Origin: Planctomycetota bacterium
GTDB lineage: Bacteria; Planctomycetota; GCA-002687715; CAIWVZ01
Length of the DNA stretch: 64,000 nucleotides
Reading direction: 5' to 3'
NCBI GenBank assembly: GCA_044222185.1
Contig: JBGANV010000006.1
Coordinates: forward strand, 64,001-128,000
Program-made: the position numbers and the translations under genes
Notes under the pieces: generated by a model
What the model was told of the DNA's origin: nothing
What the model saw: the letters and a program-made list of their open reading frames with translations, nothing else
The model's database searches: none
In this document: positions 29,701 to 37,640 of the stretch, piece by piece
How positions within the stretch are numbered: position 1 is the first letter of the stretch
Layout of the letters: the number at the start of each line of letters is the position of its first letter

Positions 29701-31337
29701 CTGAACGCGATGATGTCGAGCGCGTTGTCCGCGCTCGTGTTGCCATAGCCGCACCCGTCGGTGCCAGTCTGGCGCACGTTCTCGCTGGCGCCCACCGTGA
29801 TGATGTTCTTGGATGTGGCGGGTGCGTGAATCGTGTTGGCGCTCGGACCGCCGTTGCCTGCCGAGAAGCAGATGATCAGCGGTTGATGGCCAGCCGTTCC
29901 GCTGACGGCGTCGCGGACCATCGCGTCATGAGCCTGCGAGTCGCTCGGATAGGCGTTCCCCGAGATCTGGTTCCACGAGTTGCTCGACATGCGAGCCCCG
30001 CTCGTGTACGCCTGCGACAACCGGGTGGGCGTCGAGCCGGTGAACTGGTCGGAGCCTGCATTGTTGAAGACCTTCGTGTCGCCGAGTCCGACGAAGGGGC
30101 AGATTCCGAGCCCGTAGTTGTAGCCCAGGGCATCCTCGGCGGAGGCGCCGCTCGATGCGTTGTACCCGCCGACGATCGAGGCGTTGATGTTCCCGTGTCC
30201 TCCGCCGCTTTCGCCCAGGGCGTCCGTCGTGAAGTTGTGGACGTACGTGACGCGGCTGGCATTCGCGGCGAGCCCGAGAACGCGGAACTCGGAGTTCACG
30301 TCCGTCGTCGAGCCCCGATCGACACCGTCATCCGTCACGTCGACGGAGAAGGCGAACTGGCCCGACGACGAAAAGCCCTTGCTCGAGAGCCACGCGAGAT
30401 AACCGGGACCGGATGGCGCCGTTCCGCCGGCGTTCAGGTTGCCGGCCATGATCTGCCCCTGCGCCTCGTCCTGCATGCGCGACGGCACCCACGACTCGAT
30501 GGCGAACACGGAGGGATCCGCGACGAGCCCTGCGACGACCTGGCGCGGCAACTGCACCGAGATGTCGACGAAGTTCAGCACCTCGCTCGGGGGGGTGAGT
30601 TTCAGGAACCCGCCGTCCGTCAGCCATCGGGCGATGGGGGCGGCGCGTTCGTCGTTGATCAATTGCACGGTGACGTCGATCGGCGCCTCCGACGCGAGGT
30701 CGATCCGGCGCAGGTCCGGCGAGAGTTTGAAATAGGGGTGATAGGGCCCGACCCATTGGATGGCGGGAGAACGCGCGAGGTTCGCGAGTGCACCCAAGGC
30801 GCCGGCGTCCACGGCGACCACGTAGGCATTCATCGCCATGGGGTAGACGATCGTGGCTCCCGTGGCGCGCAGCTGATCGAGCCACGAATCGCGGATCGGA
30901 CCGACGAACTGGACGAGCCAGAGCGAGCGATCGTCCGTCGTGAGCTGGTCGAACGAGCGCGCGCGAAACTGCGGCGGGATCTGTTGGAGCTTCGCTTCGG
31001 TCCGCTCGGGGTCGGCGGTGTCGAATGCGAAGTCGTTGATCGCGATCAGCGCATCCTCGTCGTGGAGGACGTCAGCGAGTGCATCGAGGGCGCTTGGTCC
31101 CCCCAGGATCGCGTCGCTGAACGTCAAGTGCAGGAACCCGCCGTAGTCCTCCTCGTGGATGACGGCGCCGCCGGCGCGAAGCTGTGCGAGCCGGCTGTCG
31201 CTCCTGGCGAAGGTGGCGCGGTGGGTCGGACCGCGGCTGCGGAAGCGGTCCGATGCGGCGTCGACCTGGGCGGGAAGCGCGGCAACGATCAACGAAACGG
31301 CGACCAGGAACCCGACGAACCGGGAGTGGTTTTGCAT
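26727..31337 (-). CDS. Large secreted S8 peptidase with six Ig-like repeats and shared C-terminal domain
   Basis: Signal LPA|Q; VTDDG, GHGNIN, FSAGN, KNIITVGASE, TGTSHSCPAVAG; FRVALAWTDAPG...NNLDL domain; six YQWxKxG...YDCxVTNACG repeats. Confidence 0.93.
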   Translation of the reverse strand: MQNHSRFVGFLVAVSLIVAALPAQVDAASDRFRSRGPTHRATFARSDSRLAQLRAGGAVIHEEDYGGFLHLTFSDAILGGPSALDALADVLHDEDALIAINDFAFDTADPERTEAKLQQIPPQFRARSFDQLTTDDRSLWLVQFVGPIRDSWLDQLRATGATIVYPMAMNAYVVAVDAGALGALANLARSPAIQWVGPYHPYFKLSPDLRRIDLASEAPIDVTVQLINDERAAPIARWLTDGGFLKLTPPSEVLNFVDISVQLPRQVVAGLVADPSVFAIESWVPSRMQDEAQGQIMAGNLNAGGTAPSGPGYLAWLSSKGFSSSGQFAFSVDVTDDGVDRGSTTDVNSEFRVLGLAANASRVTYVHNFTTDALGESGGGHGNINASIVGGYNASSGASAEDALGYNYGLGICPFVGLGDTKVFNNAGSDQFTGSTPTRLSQAYTSGARMSSNSWNQISGNAYPSDSQAHDAMVRDAVSGTAGHQPLIICFSAGNGGPSANTIHAPATSKNIITVGASENVRQTGTDGCGYGNTSADNALDIIAFSARGPTADGRKKPDVTAPGVHIQGAASRSLSYTGMGVCNTYWPIGQTLYCWSTGTSHSCPAVAGATALIYQYFINQAWGTPSPAMVKAALMCTTRYMTGVNGNDTLWSNTQGMGRVDLGRAFDGVATARVDQTQVFGATGNTFTLSGSVASSTQPFRVALAWTDAPGPTTGNAYVNNLDLQVVVNGNTYKGNVFTGQTSVTGGVADDKNNAEFVFLPAGVTGAFTITVTATNIAGDGVPGNADGTDQDFALYVYNGSTCATPVITSQPTNQTGCVGNPATLSLTASGATGFQWRKAGSNIGGATSTTYTIPSVAAGDAGSYDCLVSNACGTTTSNAATLTVNAAPTFTSHPATQSVCSGATVFFLVSATGTPTYQWRKGGAPIAGATSILLSRANVTTADSGTYDCVITNACGTATSNPATLTVNTVPVVTGQPSPQTACPGGSASFMVTATSATGFQWRKAAVAISGATSATLALSNVSNADVATYDCVITGPCGTVTSNGAALTLDAAASITTPPSPSTVCEGAPASVSVTASGTAPLTYQWLKDGSPIAGATNATLLIAVTTAADQGSYQCTVTNGCGSVASTAATLTVDLAPAVTTPPAPQTVCDGAPATFSVTASGTAPLSYQWLKDASPIAGATTATLLIAAATAADAAIYSCSVTNACGSVTSAGAILTVDAPPAVVTDPVGQSVCIDGLATFTVTATGANPLAYQWRKGGSPIPGANGASLAIANAAPTDVGSYDCVVTNACGSATSSSATLSVNVHQITSLSPSPFAILGPASPPTTIVIDGTCFSAGMIVYADGYALATTFVGSTQLSAQLGPSVPSTQFVGGITINVVTAGGVVCDSVALPVGGNWSNQGTIRREPMNVGPGQPYAMVMEGGSPFAPVTVLADLGAVNPVAPFPTGAENLVISLSPFAGSSGPLIPVFDGLGLFGPAIPFAYDASGKIVIPGFVLPPVPLGISATLQAVYFDPGNPTVLKLTWARTPDQL
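27415..28926 (-). repeat. Six tandem ~85-aa Ig-like coding repeats
   Basis: About 255-nt periodicity; 27790-27859 and 28045-28114 differ at only 2 of 70 nt. Confidence 0.85.
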
Positions 31338-31666
31338 GAGGAGGTGGCTTCAGTACCCCAGCACGCCGCCGTGGCGGCCGGAGGACGCTATGGACGTGGG
31401 CTGCAGGAGGACTCTTCGGACCAGCTTCGGGCACCGGGTCGAGCGGCAACTCTCCGGGCCCGGAGGATTCTATAGACCCGGGGACGTTGCGGCCAAAATC
31501 GGCGGCGAGGGGGGCGGCCGAACGCTCCGCTTCCGGAAGTTTTCGGGCAGCGGTTCATTGAGCGTGGGCTGGCGACCGCACGTGGGACCGACGAACGGCG
31601 CGCAGATCCGGTGACGTGTCCGTGGAAAGTCACGGAAACTCGACGCACGATCCCAACGTCACTGCC

Positions 31667-32749
31667 ATGCGAGCCTTCGACTTCTCCCGAGCGCAGATAC
31701 TGCCGTCGTTGCCGCGACGGGCCCGTTCCGTCGTCTTCGTCGGCGCGGGCGGGATCGTCAACAGCGCCGAGCTGCCCGCATACCTCGAGGAGGGCATCCC
31801 GATCCGAGGGATATTCGACGTGGATCGGGAGGCAGCGCACGCCACGGCCTCGGCGTTCGGGGTCGGACGGGTGTTCGACTCGCTCGCGCAGGCCGTGATC
31901 GAGCGAAACGTCGTGTTCGACGTCGCCGTTCCAGCGAGCGAGATCACCCGAGTGCTCGACCGTCTGCCGCGGGGCGCGCCCGTGCTGATCCAGAAGCCAC
32001 TCGGCCGCGACCTGGCCGAGGCCCGGCGGATCGCCCACCTTTGCACGCGGCGTCGCCTTCGCGCCGCCGTGAACTTCCAGCTTCGGCATGCACCCAACAT
32101 GCTGGCACTCACGGGAGCGCTCGCTCGCGGAGTGTTCGGCGAGCTGACGGACGTCGAGGTGCGCGTCAACACGCATACGCCGTGGGCCCGTTGGGCGTTC
32201 CTCGCGGGCATTCCGAGGCTCGAGATCCTGTACCACTCGATCCACTACCTGGATCTGATCCGCTCGTGGTTGGGCGAGCCGTCACGAGTTCACGCATGGG
32301 TCGGATCCCACCCGAGTTCGCGCGGGTATGCCGATACGCGCTCGGCGATCCTCCTGGACTTCGGGCCGACGACACGATGCGTGCTCTCGCTCAACCATGA
32401 GCACCGCTTCGGCCTGCGGCACGCTGCATCGGAACTGAGGATCGAGGGCGTTCGCGGAGCGGCCGTAGCGACGATGGGCGTGAACCTCGACTACCCGAAA
32501 GGGGAGGTCGACCGTCTTTCGATCTGCGCGGCAGGAGACCAGTGGCAGGACGTGCCGCTGCGCGGTTCCTGGTTTCGCGCGGCATTCGCTGGACCCATGA
32601 TCGCGCTGCAGCGATGGACCGCAGGCGGTACCCCATCGCCGACGAGGGTGGCCGATGCCGTGAGGACGATGGCCCTCGTCGAGGCCTGTTACCTGTCCGC
32701 GATGCGCCCGCGGCGCTCCGGACGCGGGCGATCGGCCCCGCGTGCATGA
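31667..32749 (+). CDS. Gfo/Idh/MocA family NAD(P)-dependent oxidoreductase
   Basis: VGAGGIV Rossmann motif, VLIQKPLG, AVNFQLR, YHSIHYLDL. Confidence 0.92.
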   Translation: MRAFDFSRAQILPSLPRRARSVVFVGAGGIVNSAELPAYLEEGIPIRGIFDVDREAAHATASAFGVGRVFDSLAQAVIERNVVFDVAVPASEITRVLDRLPRGAPVLIQKPLGRDLAEARRIAHLCTRRRLRAAVNFQLRHAPNMLALTGALARGVFGELTDVEVRVNTHTPWARWAFLAGIPRLEILYHSIHYLDLIRSWLGEPSRVHAWVGSHPSSRGYADTRSAILLDFGPTTRCVLSLNHEHRFGLRHAASELRIEGVRGAAVATMGVNLDYPKGEVDRLSICAAGDQWQDVPLRGSWFRAAFAGPMIALQRWTAGGTPSPTRVADAVRTMALVEACYLSAMRPRRSGRGRSAPRA

Positions 32750-33009
32750 ACGGCAATGCGACCGGCTCGGCGCCACGGGTGCAGGTTCGGGGCAGGCGCC
32801 CGTCACTTCTCCTGAAATCCGTGCGCTGATCAGCACACGGGGTTCACATGGTCCCCGCCCGCCGCGGAATCGCGTGGTAGCCTCCGATGTTCCACAGGGT
32901 TCGCAAAACGCGGGAAAGTCCCGCTGCGGACCGGTGTTTCGTGCGTTTTTGTCTTCAAAGAGGCCGGTTTTTGCGAGATCTACATTTTTCTTCGGCGACG
33001 AACTCGTGC

Positions 33010-33038
33010 TTGACTCCACCCGGAACGGTGGGCACGAT
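33010..33038 (+). promoter_or_regulatory. Putative sigma70 promoter (TTGACT-N17-CACGAT) with T-tract upstream element
   Basis: Good -35, 17-nt spacer, partial -10; several T5 tracts at ~32946-32990 in an otherwise GC-rich genome. Confidence 0.55.
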
Positions 33039-33188
33039 GTGCGCCGGTCGGGGCAGCCCGAGCCAGTGTTTTTCCGGCTCTCTGCCCGGAAAGAAGATGC
33101 GGGGCGGTGATCGCCTGACGCGATGCCGTTCCTCGTCGTGGTGAAAATCCTCTACTCGTTGATGCAGTCGGTTCACGGGAGTTTCAAC

Positions 33189-34325
33189 ATGCGTCCCTGT
33201 CTGTTGGTGTTTGCTTTCGTTGCGCTCGCTGGGTTCAGCGCCGCGCAGGGTTTCGAGTGTCAGGCCGTCGGGGCATTCCCGAACATCTGCTGCGCGGACT
33301 GCGAGAACGTTCAGTCAAACGCCTCGCTCCTTCCGGACAGCGGTGGCACCGGGATTGACAACACGGTGACGTGTGGCTTCCCGACTGCCGGCGCGCAGTA
33401 CGCCCGTATCGAGGCGAGCGGCCCGCTCAACGTTCCGGCTGGTGGCGTCGGCGGCACGATTCCGCGTCCCATCGACCTGAGCGTTGCCGAGCTCCGCATC
33501 CCGGTCCCGTCCGGTGCGACCGCCGTCAGCTTCAAGTTCGACTTCTTCAACGCTGAAGTTCCGAACGAGGCCACGTTCAACGACGGCTTCGCCGCGTCGA
33601 TCTGCGCCTTCGGCACCGATCTCTCGCTGGTCGACCTCGCCTACCGTGACACGTTCTCGGCGAACAACGGTTGCGTGGACAGCGTCAGCAACGGCGTCGA
33701 GACGGGCTCCGTCGGCGTCGACTCCGTCACGCACGTCTTCACGGCCACGGAACTCGCGGCCATCGCGGCCGCTCAGGCCGCGGGTGGTGCGTACCTCTCG
33801 CTCGCGTGCTGGAACGGTGGCGATGATTCCGTCGACTCCGGCGCGGGGATCGACTGCGTGTCGTGGGATTCGTTCTTCGACGTCCCGAACACGGGCGCAC
33901 TCGGTGGTGCATCCCGCATCGACAACGTGACGGCCAACCCGGCTGACACGTTCACGATCGGCGCGCCGGGGGCCACGCGGCTCCGCGTGCATGGCATTTC
34001 GGAAGCGGTCTTCATCGAAGGCTTCCACTGCCTCGTCGCCCAGGTCTACGGCGACAACTTCGTGCAGCAGTTCCCGGCGGCGGCTGACGGTGGGTTCTTC
34101 ATCGACCCGACCCGTCCGTTCGTGTCGCTCTCGGAAGGTCAGCTGACGGGTGGTCTCGCGGCCGGCACGGCTGCGCGCGGCCCGATCGTCAACCTGAGCT
34201 TCGCCGATCCGGCCCTTTGTGGCTCGATGGTGGTCTTCCAGGCCTACATCCAGGACGAGAACTTCCCGACGAACGTTCCGACCGTGAAGGTCTTCACCAT
34301 CGCGTCCATCGGCTCGCTGCACTGA
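33189..34325 (+). CDS. Secreted Cys-containing hypothetical protein, possibly an abundant surface protein
   Basis: GGGAG RBS; signal SAA|Q; SFKFDFFNAE...FNDGF...GDDSVDSGAGID jelly-roll-like core; C-terminal DPALCGSMVVFQAYIQD. Confidence 0.85.
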   Translation: MRPCLLVFAFVALAGFSAAQGFECQAVGAFPNICCADCENVQSNASLLPDSGGTGIDNTVTCGFPTAGAQYARIEASGPLNVPAGGVGGTIPRPIDLSVAELRIPVPSGATAVSFKFDFFNAEVPNEATFNDGFAASICAFGTDLSLVDLAYRDTFSANNGCVDSVSNGVETGSVGVDSVTHVFTATELAAIAAAQAAGGAYLSLACWNGGDDSVDSGAGIDCVSWDSFFDVPNTGALGGASRIDNVTANPADTFTIGAPGATRLRVHGISEAVFIEGFHCLVAQVYGDNFVQQFPAAADGGFFIDPTRPFVSLSEGQLTGGLAAGTAARGPIVNLSFADPALCGSMVVFQAYIQDENFPTNVPTVKVFTIASIGSLH

Positions 34326-34368
34326 TCGCCTGAGACTCCCGTCTGCCCAACCGCCGACGCGGAAGGAA

Positions 34369-34407
34369 GAGGACCGGCGCCCCGAGGGGCAGCCGGTTCT
34401 TTTTTTT
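34369..34407 (+). terminator. Rho-independent terminator
   Basis: GC stem ACCGGCGCCCC-GA-GGGGCAGCCGGT followed by TCTTTTTTTT. Confidence 0.88.
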
Positions 34408-34745
34408 GCCCGTCGTCGTCAGGCGCTGGCGCGACAGCACGCGGCAATCAGGCTCCGCGTGGGTCGCCCGGACCCGGTCGGTGATTTCCGGCCGGTGAGT
34501 CACGCCGGCGGCCGCGCAACCCCGCGTCGCGGGATACATCCACGCGCGGCCGGCTTCATCAAGTCGTGCCCGGCGCGCGCCTTTTCACCGCACGGCTTCG
34601 GGCGACTGCGCCGCCATTCTTTCGCTACACGAGTCGTGGCTCACGAGACGAGAAGAGGGGGGCCGACATCGCGTTCGATGTTGGATCTGTATCTCGCGTA
34701 GAGGGTGCCGCGAGGCACCCCAAGAAAAGTCTGGAGCCGAAACTG

Positions 34746-37316
34746 ATGAACCTCATCAGAAAGCCCGCGACAGCGATCACAGCGCTGACGATCGGTGTCA
34801 CGGCAGTTGTCTTCATGCACGCAGGTGCCGGGAACGGCGCGGCGAATCCGGCGAGGACGTCACCCTTGCCGGTGCTTGCCGCGGTATCTCCCGCGTCGCT
34901 GGTCGTGCCGCCGGCCAAGGCGGCGCTCGAGCCAATGGCTCAACTGCCTGCGACGTTCATCGAAAACCGTGGCCAGTTCGACCCCGAAGCGCGATTCGTC
35001 GTGCGTCAGGGTGCCACGGCGACCTACCTCACGCCGGACCGCTTCGTGGTCCAGGCCGTTCAGCCGAACCCCGCGGGCGGCGAGGCGGCAGTGCGAGGGG
35101 TGAACCTGTTCTTCACGTTCGAAGGTGCGGCCACGGACGCCCGGATCGACGGTGTCGCCCGGCTCGATGGCCGAATGAACTACCTCCTCGGGAATGATCC
35201 CGCGAAGTGGGTGACCGACGTTCCGACGTGGTCGGCGGTGCGCGCCACTGGGATCTATGACGGCATCGACGTCGCCTTCCGCGACAGCGCGGGCCGCGTC
35301 GAGTACGACCTGTTCATCGGTCGGAACGCCGATCCCTCGAAGGTCGTGTTGCGATGCGACGGCGCAGAGGCGCTCTCGCTGGACGAGTCTGGTGCTCTCG
35401 TCGCCAGCACCGCGGTCGGGACCATTCGTCAGGAGTGCCCGGTCACCTGGCGCGTGGGACCGAACGGGGAGCGTGAGAACGTCGAGTGCCGCTTCCGCCT
35501 GATCGACGATCGTCGCTTCGGCTTCGACGTGCCGGATCACCGGCCCGGCGAAGCCCTCGTGATCGACCCCGTGATCGTGTTCTCGGGCATCGTCGGCGGT
35601 TCGAGCTACGACGTTGCGCGCGCGATCTCGATCGATCCCACCGGAGCGATGTTCCTGACCGGTCGCACGGCGTCGACGAACTTCCCGCACTCCGCGGGAG
35701 CCTTCGACGGCGTGTTGAACAACACGGAAGCGTTCGTCACCAAGATCGCGGCAGGTGGCGGGTCCGTCGTCTACTCGACGTACCTCGGTTCGCCTGGCGC
35801 GGATCAAGCGTTCGCGATGACTCTCGATTCGCAGGGCCGTGCCATCATTACGGGCCAGTGCGGTAGCGGATTCCCGACGACCGCGGGCACCTATGACACG
35901 TCGCAGAACGGCTGGAGCGATACCTTCGTCTCCAAGCTCAATGCGACCGGCACCGGGCTCGTTTTCTCCACCTTCGTCGGTGGCAACAACGACGACTACC
36001 CGGGTGGGATCGACGTGGACGGATCGGACAACGTCTACGTGACCGGTGCGACCAAGTCCACGAACTTCCCGACGACGGCCGGCGCCTATGACTCGACGCC
36101 GAACGGTGATTGGGACGGGTTCCTCGTCAAGCTCGCGGCCAGCGGCGCGAGCCTCCTCCTGGGCACTCGCTTCGGCGGGACCCTCATGGACAGCGGTGTC
36201 GGCGTTCGGGTCACCCCGTCCGGCCAGATCGTGGTTGCCGGCGCGACGTCGTCGACCGATTTCCCGACCGTCGCAGGCGCGTTCGACACGACGCAAAACG
36301 GCGCGAGCGACGCCTTCGTCTGCAAGTTCTCCGCGTCGGGAGCGCAGCTCTTGTGGGGCACGTTCCTCGGCGGTGCTGGCAACGACCAGGCGCTCGCGCT
36401 CGAAGTCGATGCCCAGGATTGCGCGATCATCACGGGGCAGGCCTACGATGGCTATCCCGTGACCTCCGGCGCGATCCGGACGTCGACGCAGCTCGGCGCC
36501 GACGCGTTCGTCACGAAGGTCGCCGCGAACGGCCAGTCGCTCGTCTACTCCACTTTCATCGGTGGGGCATCGAGCGACGCGGGTTACGCGCTCGCGCTCG
36601 ATGTGAACGGCGCGCCGGTGGTCGTCGGGTACACCAACTCGGTGGACCTCGGAGTCTCTGCGAACGCGGTCCAGAGCGCGTTCCTCGGCGGTGGCGTGCC
36701 TGGCGACGGTTTCGTCACCAAGCTCTCCGTCGACGGATCGAGCGTCGTGTTCAGCACGTTCGTCGGCGGAGCCGGCTCCGATCAGATCAAGGGCGTCGCC
36801 CTCGATTCGCTCGGCGCGATCTTCATCACGGGCACGACGACCTCGAGTTCGCTCGGGGCGCTCACCCCGTCGATGGCGGCTCCTCAGGGACTCGATGACT
36901 GCTTCTTCATGAAGCTCACGCTCGGCCCCGCGGCCGTCGTCAGCCCCATCGGTCCTGGCTGCAGTTCGGGTGGCGTGGTTCCGACGCTGTCGAGCGGCCT
37001 TCCGGTCGTCGGCGGCACGATCACGACTTCGGGTACGTCGGCGCCGCCGCTCGCATACGGCGATCTCGTGTTCTCCGGCGCGGCCGGAGCCACGACGCTG
37101 CCGAACGGCTGCCCGCTCTACGTCGACCCTGTGACGTTCGCTACGCAGGGCCATTTCCAGGTCGGTGCGAACGGCACGTGGTCGGTGACCGGGATCGTCC
37201 CGAACGCCGAGAGTCTCGTCGGCGATCTCTTCTCGCTCCAGGCCGTGTTCCTGAGCCCGTCGGCCCCGGGCGGATACACCGTCTCGGCCGGCGTGCAGTT
37301 GGCGCTCGGCTACTGA
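34746..37316 (+). CDS. Secreted SBBP-repeat beta-propeller protein, paralog 1
   Basis: FIENRGQ...NYLLGNDP...YDGID...EYD...LVIDP N-terminal domain; repeats DAFVTK...LVYSTFxGG; C-terminal domain ending LALGY. Confidence 0.92.
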   Translation: MNLIRKPATAITALTIGVTAVVFMHAGAGNGAANPARTSPLPVLAAVSPASLVVPPAKAALEPMAQLPATFIENRGQFDPEARFVVRQGATATYLTPDRFVVQAVQPNPAGGEAAVRGVNLFFTFEGAATDARIDGVARLDGRMNYLLGNDPAKWVTDVPTWSAVRATGIYDGIDVAFRDSAGRVEYDLFIGRNADPSKVVLRCDGAEALSLDESGALVASTAVGTIRQECPVTWRVGPNGERENVECRFRLIDDRRFGFDVPDHRPGEALVIDPVIVFSGIVGGSSYDVARAISIDPTGAMFLTGRTASTNFPHSAGAFDGVLNNTEAFVTKIAAGGGSVVYSTYLGSPGADQAFAMTLDSQGRAIITGQCGSGFPTTAGTYDTSQNGWSDTFVSKLNATGTGLVFSTFVGGNNDDYPGGIDVDGSDNVYVTGATKSTNFPTTAGAYDSTPNGDWDGFLVKLAASGASLLLGTRFGGTLMDSGVGVRVTPSGQIVVAGATSSTDFPTVAGAFDTTQNGASDAFVCKFSASGAQLLWGTFLGGAGNDQALALEVDAQDCAIITGQAYDGYPVTSGAIRTSTQLGADAFVTKVAANGQSLVYSTFIGGASSDAGYALALDVNGAPVVVGYTNSVDLGVSANAVQSAFLGGGVPGDGFVTKLSVDGSSVVFSTFVGGAGSDQIKGVALDSLGAIFITGTTTSSSLGALTPSMAAPQGLDDCFFMKLTLGPAAVVSPIGPGCSSGGVVPTLSSGLPVVGGTITTSGTSAPPLAYGDLVFSGAAGATTLPNGCPLYVDPVTFATQGHFQVGANGTWSVTGIVPNAESLVGDLFSLQAVFLSPSAPGGYTVSAGVQLALGY

Positions 37317-37346
37317 TTCGCTGACAGTCCGCGCGGTGCACTCGAC

Positions 37347-37401
37347 CGCGCAGCAAACACCCGCGGCGCTTCGCGCTCGCGGGTGTTTTTCTTGCTGCGC
37401 G
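37347..37401 (+). terminator. Long hairpin / intrinsic terminator between SBBP paralogs 1 and 2
   Basis: AAACACCCGCG-GCGCTTCGCGCT-CGCGGGTGTTT then TTCTT; outer arms CGCGCAGCAA and TTGCTGCGCG also pair. Confidence 0.75.
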
Positions 37402-37640
37402 AAAGCTGAGCGCTCGTCGCGAAAGCCGTGCGCAGGAGCGGAAAACCAGAAGCGGCGAATTCACGCTTTCGGGTTTGTGCAGCTTGGTGGCACATCGGGC
37501 GCAGTCCGATCTCCAGAAAGCGCAGAACTTTGCATCAAAGTGGGATTGCAAGTTCCAAGCCGCTCTATGTAATGGGGCCGTCCATTCGCCCCAGATGGTG
37601 CTCCTCGTTCGCCGGCCCCGCCCACACCCCCCGACAAATC

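Noticed and set aside
27633-31475. Very long antisense or alternative-frame ORFs (e.g. 1280 aa here, also 20331-23120, 34860-37154, 17534-19753)
   Set aside because: Arg/Ala/Gly-rich shadow ORFs opposite well-supported genes; expected from stop-codon scarcity in high-GC DNA; no family motifs.
32888-32896. TGTTCCACA as a DnaA box or replication origin
   Set aside because: A single imperfect match with no box cluster and no dnaA/dnaN context.
34505-34555. GC-rich nested inverted repeats upstream of SBBP paralog 1
   Set aside because: Short all-GC stems arise easily by chance at this GC content; no G-U bias, tetraloop or terminator supports an RNA.
37488-37503. TGGCACATCGGGCGCA as a second sigma54 promoter
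   Set aside because: GG-N10-GC spacing fits but the TTGC element is absent; a sigma70-like TTGCAA...TGTAAT at 37546-37573 is an equally weak alternative.
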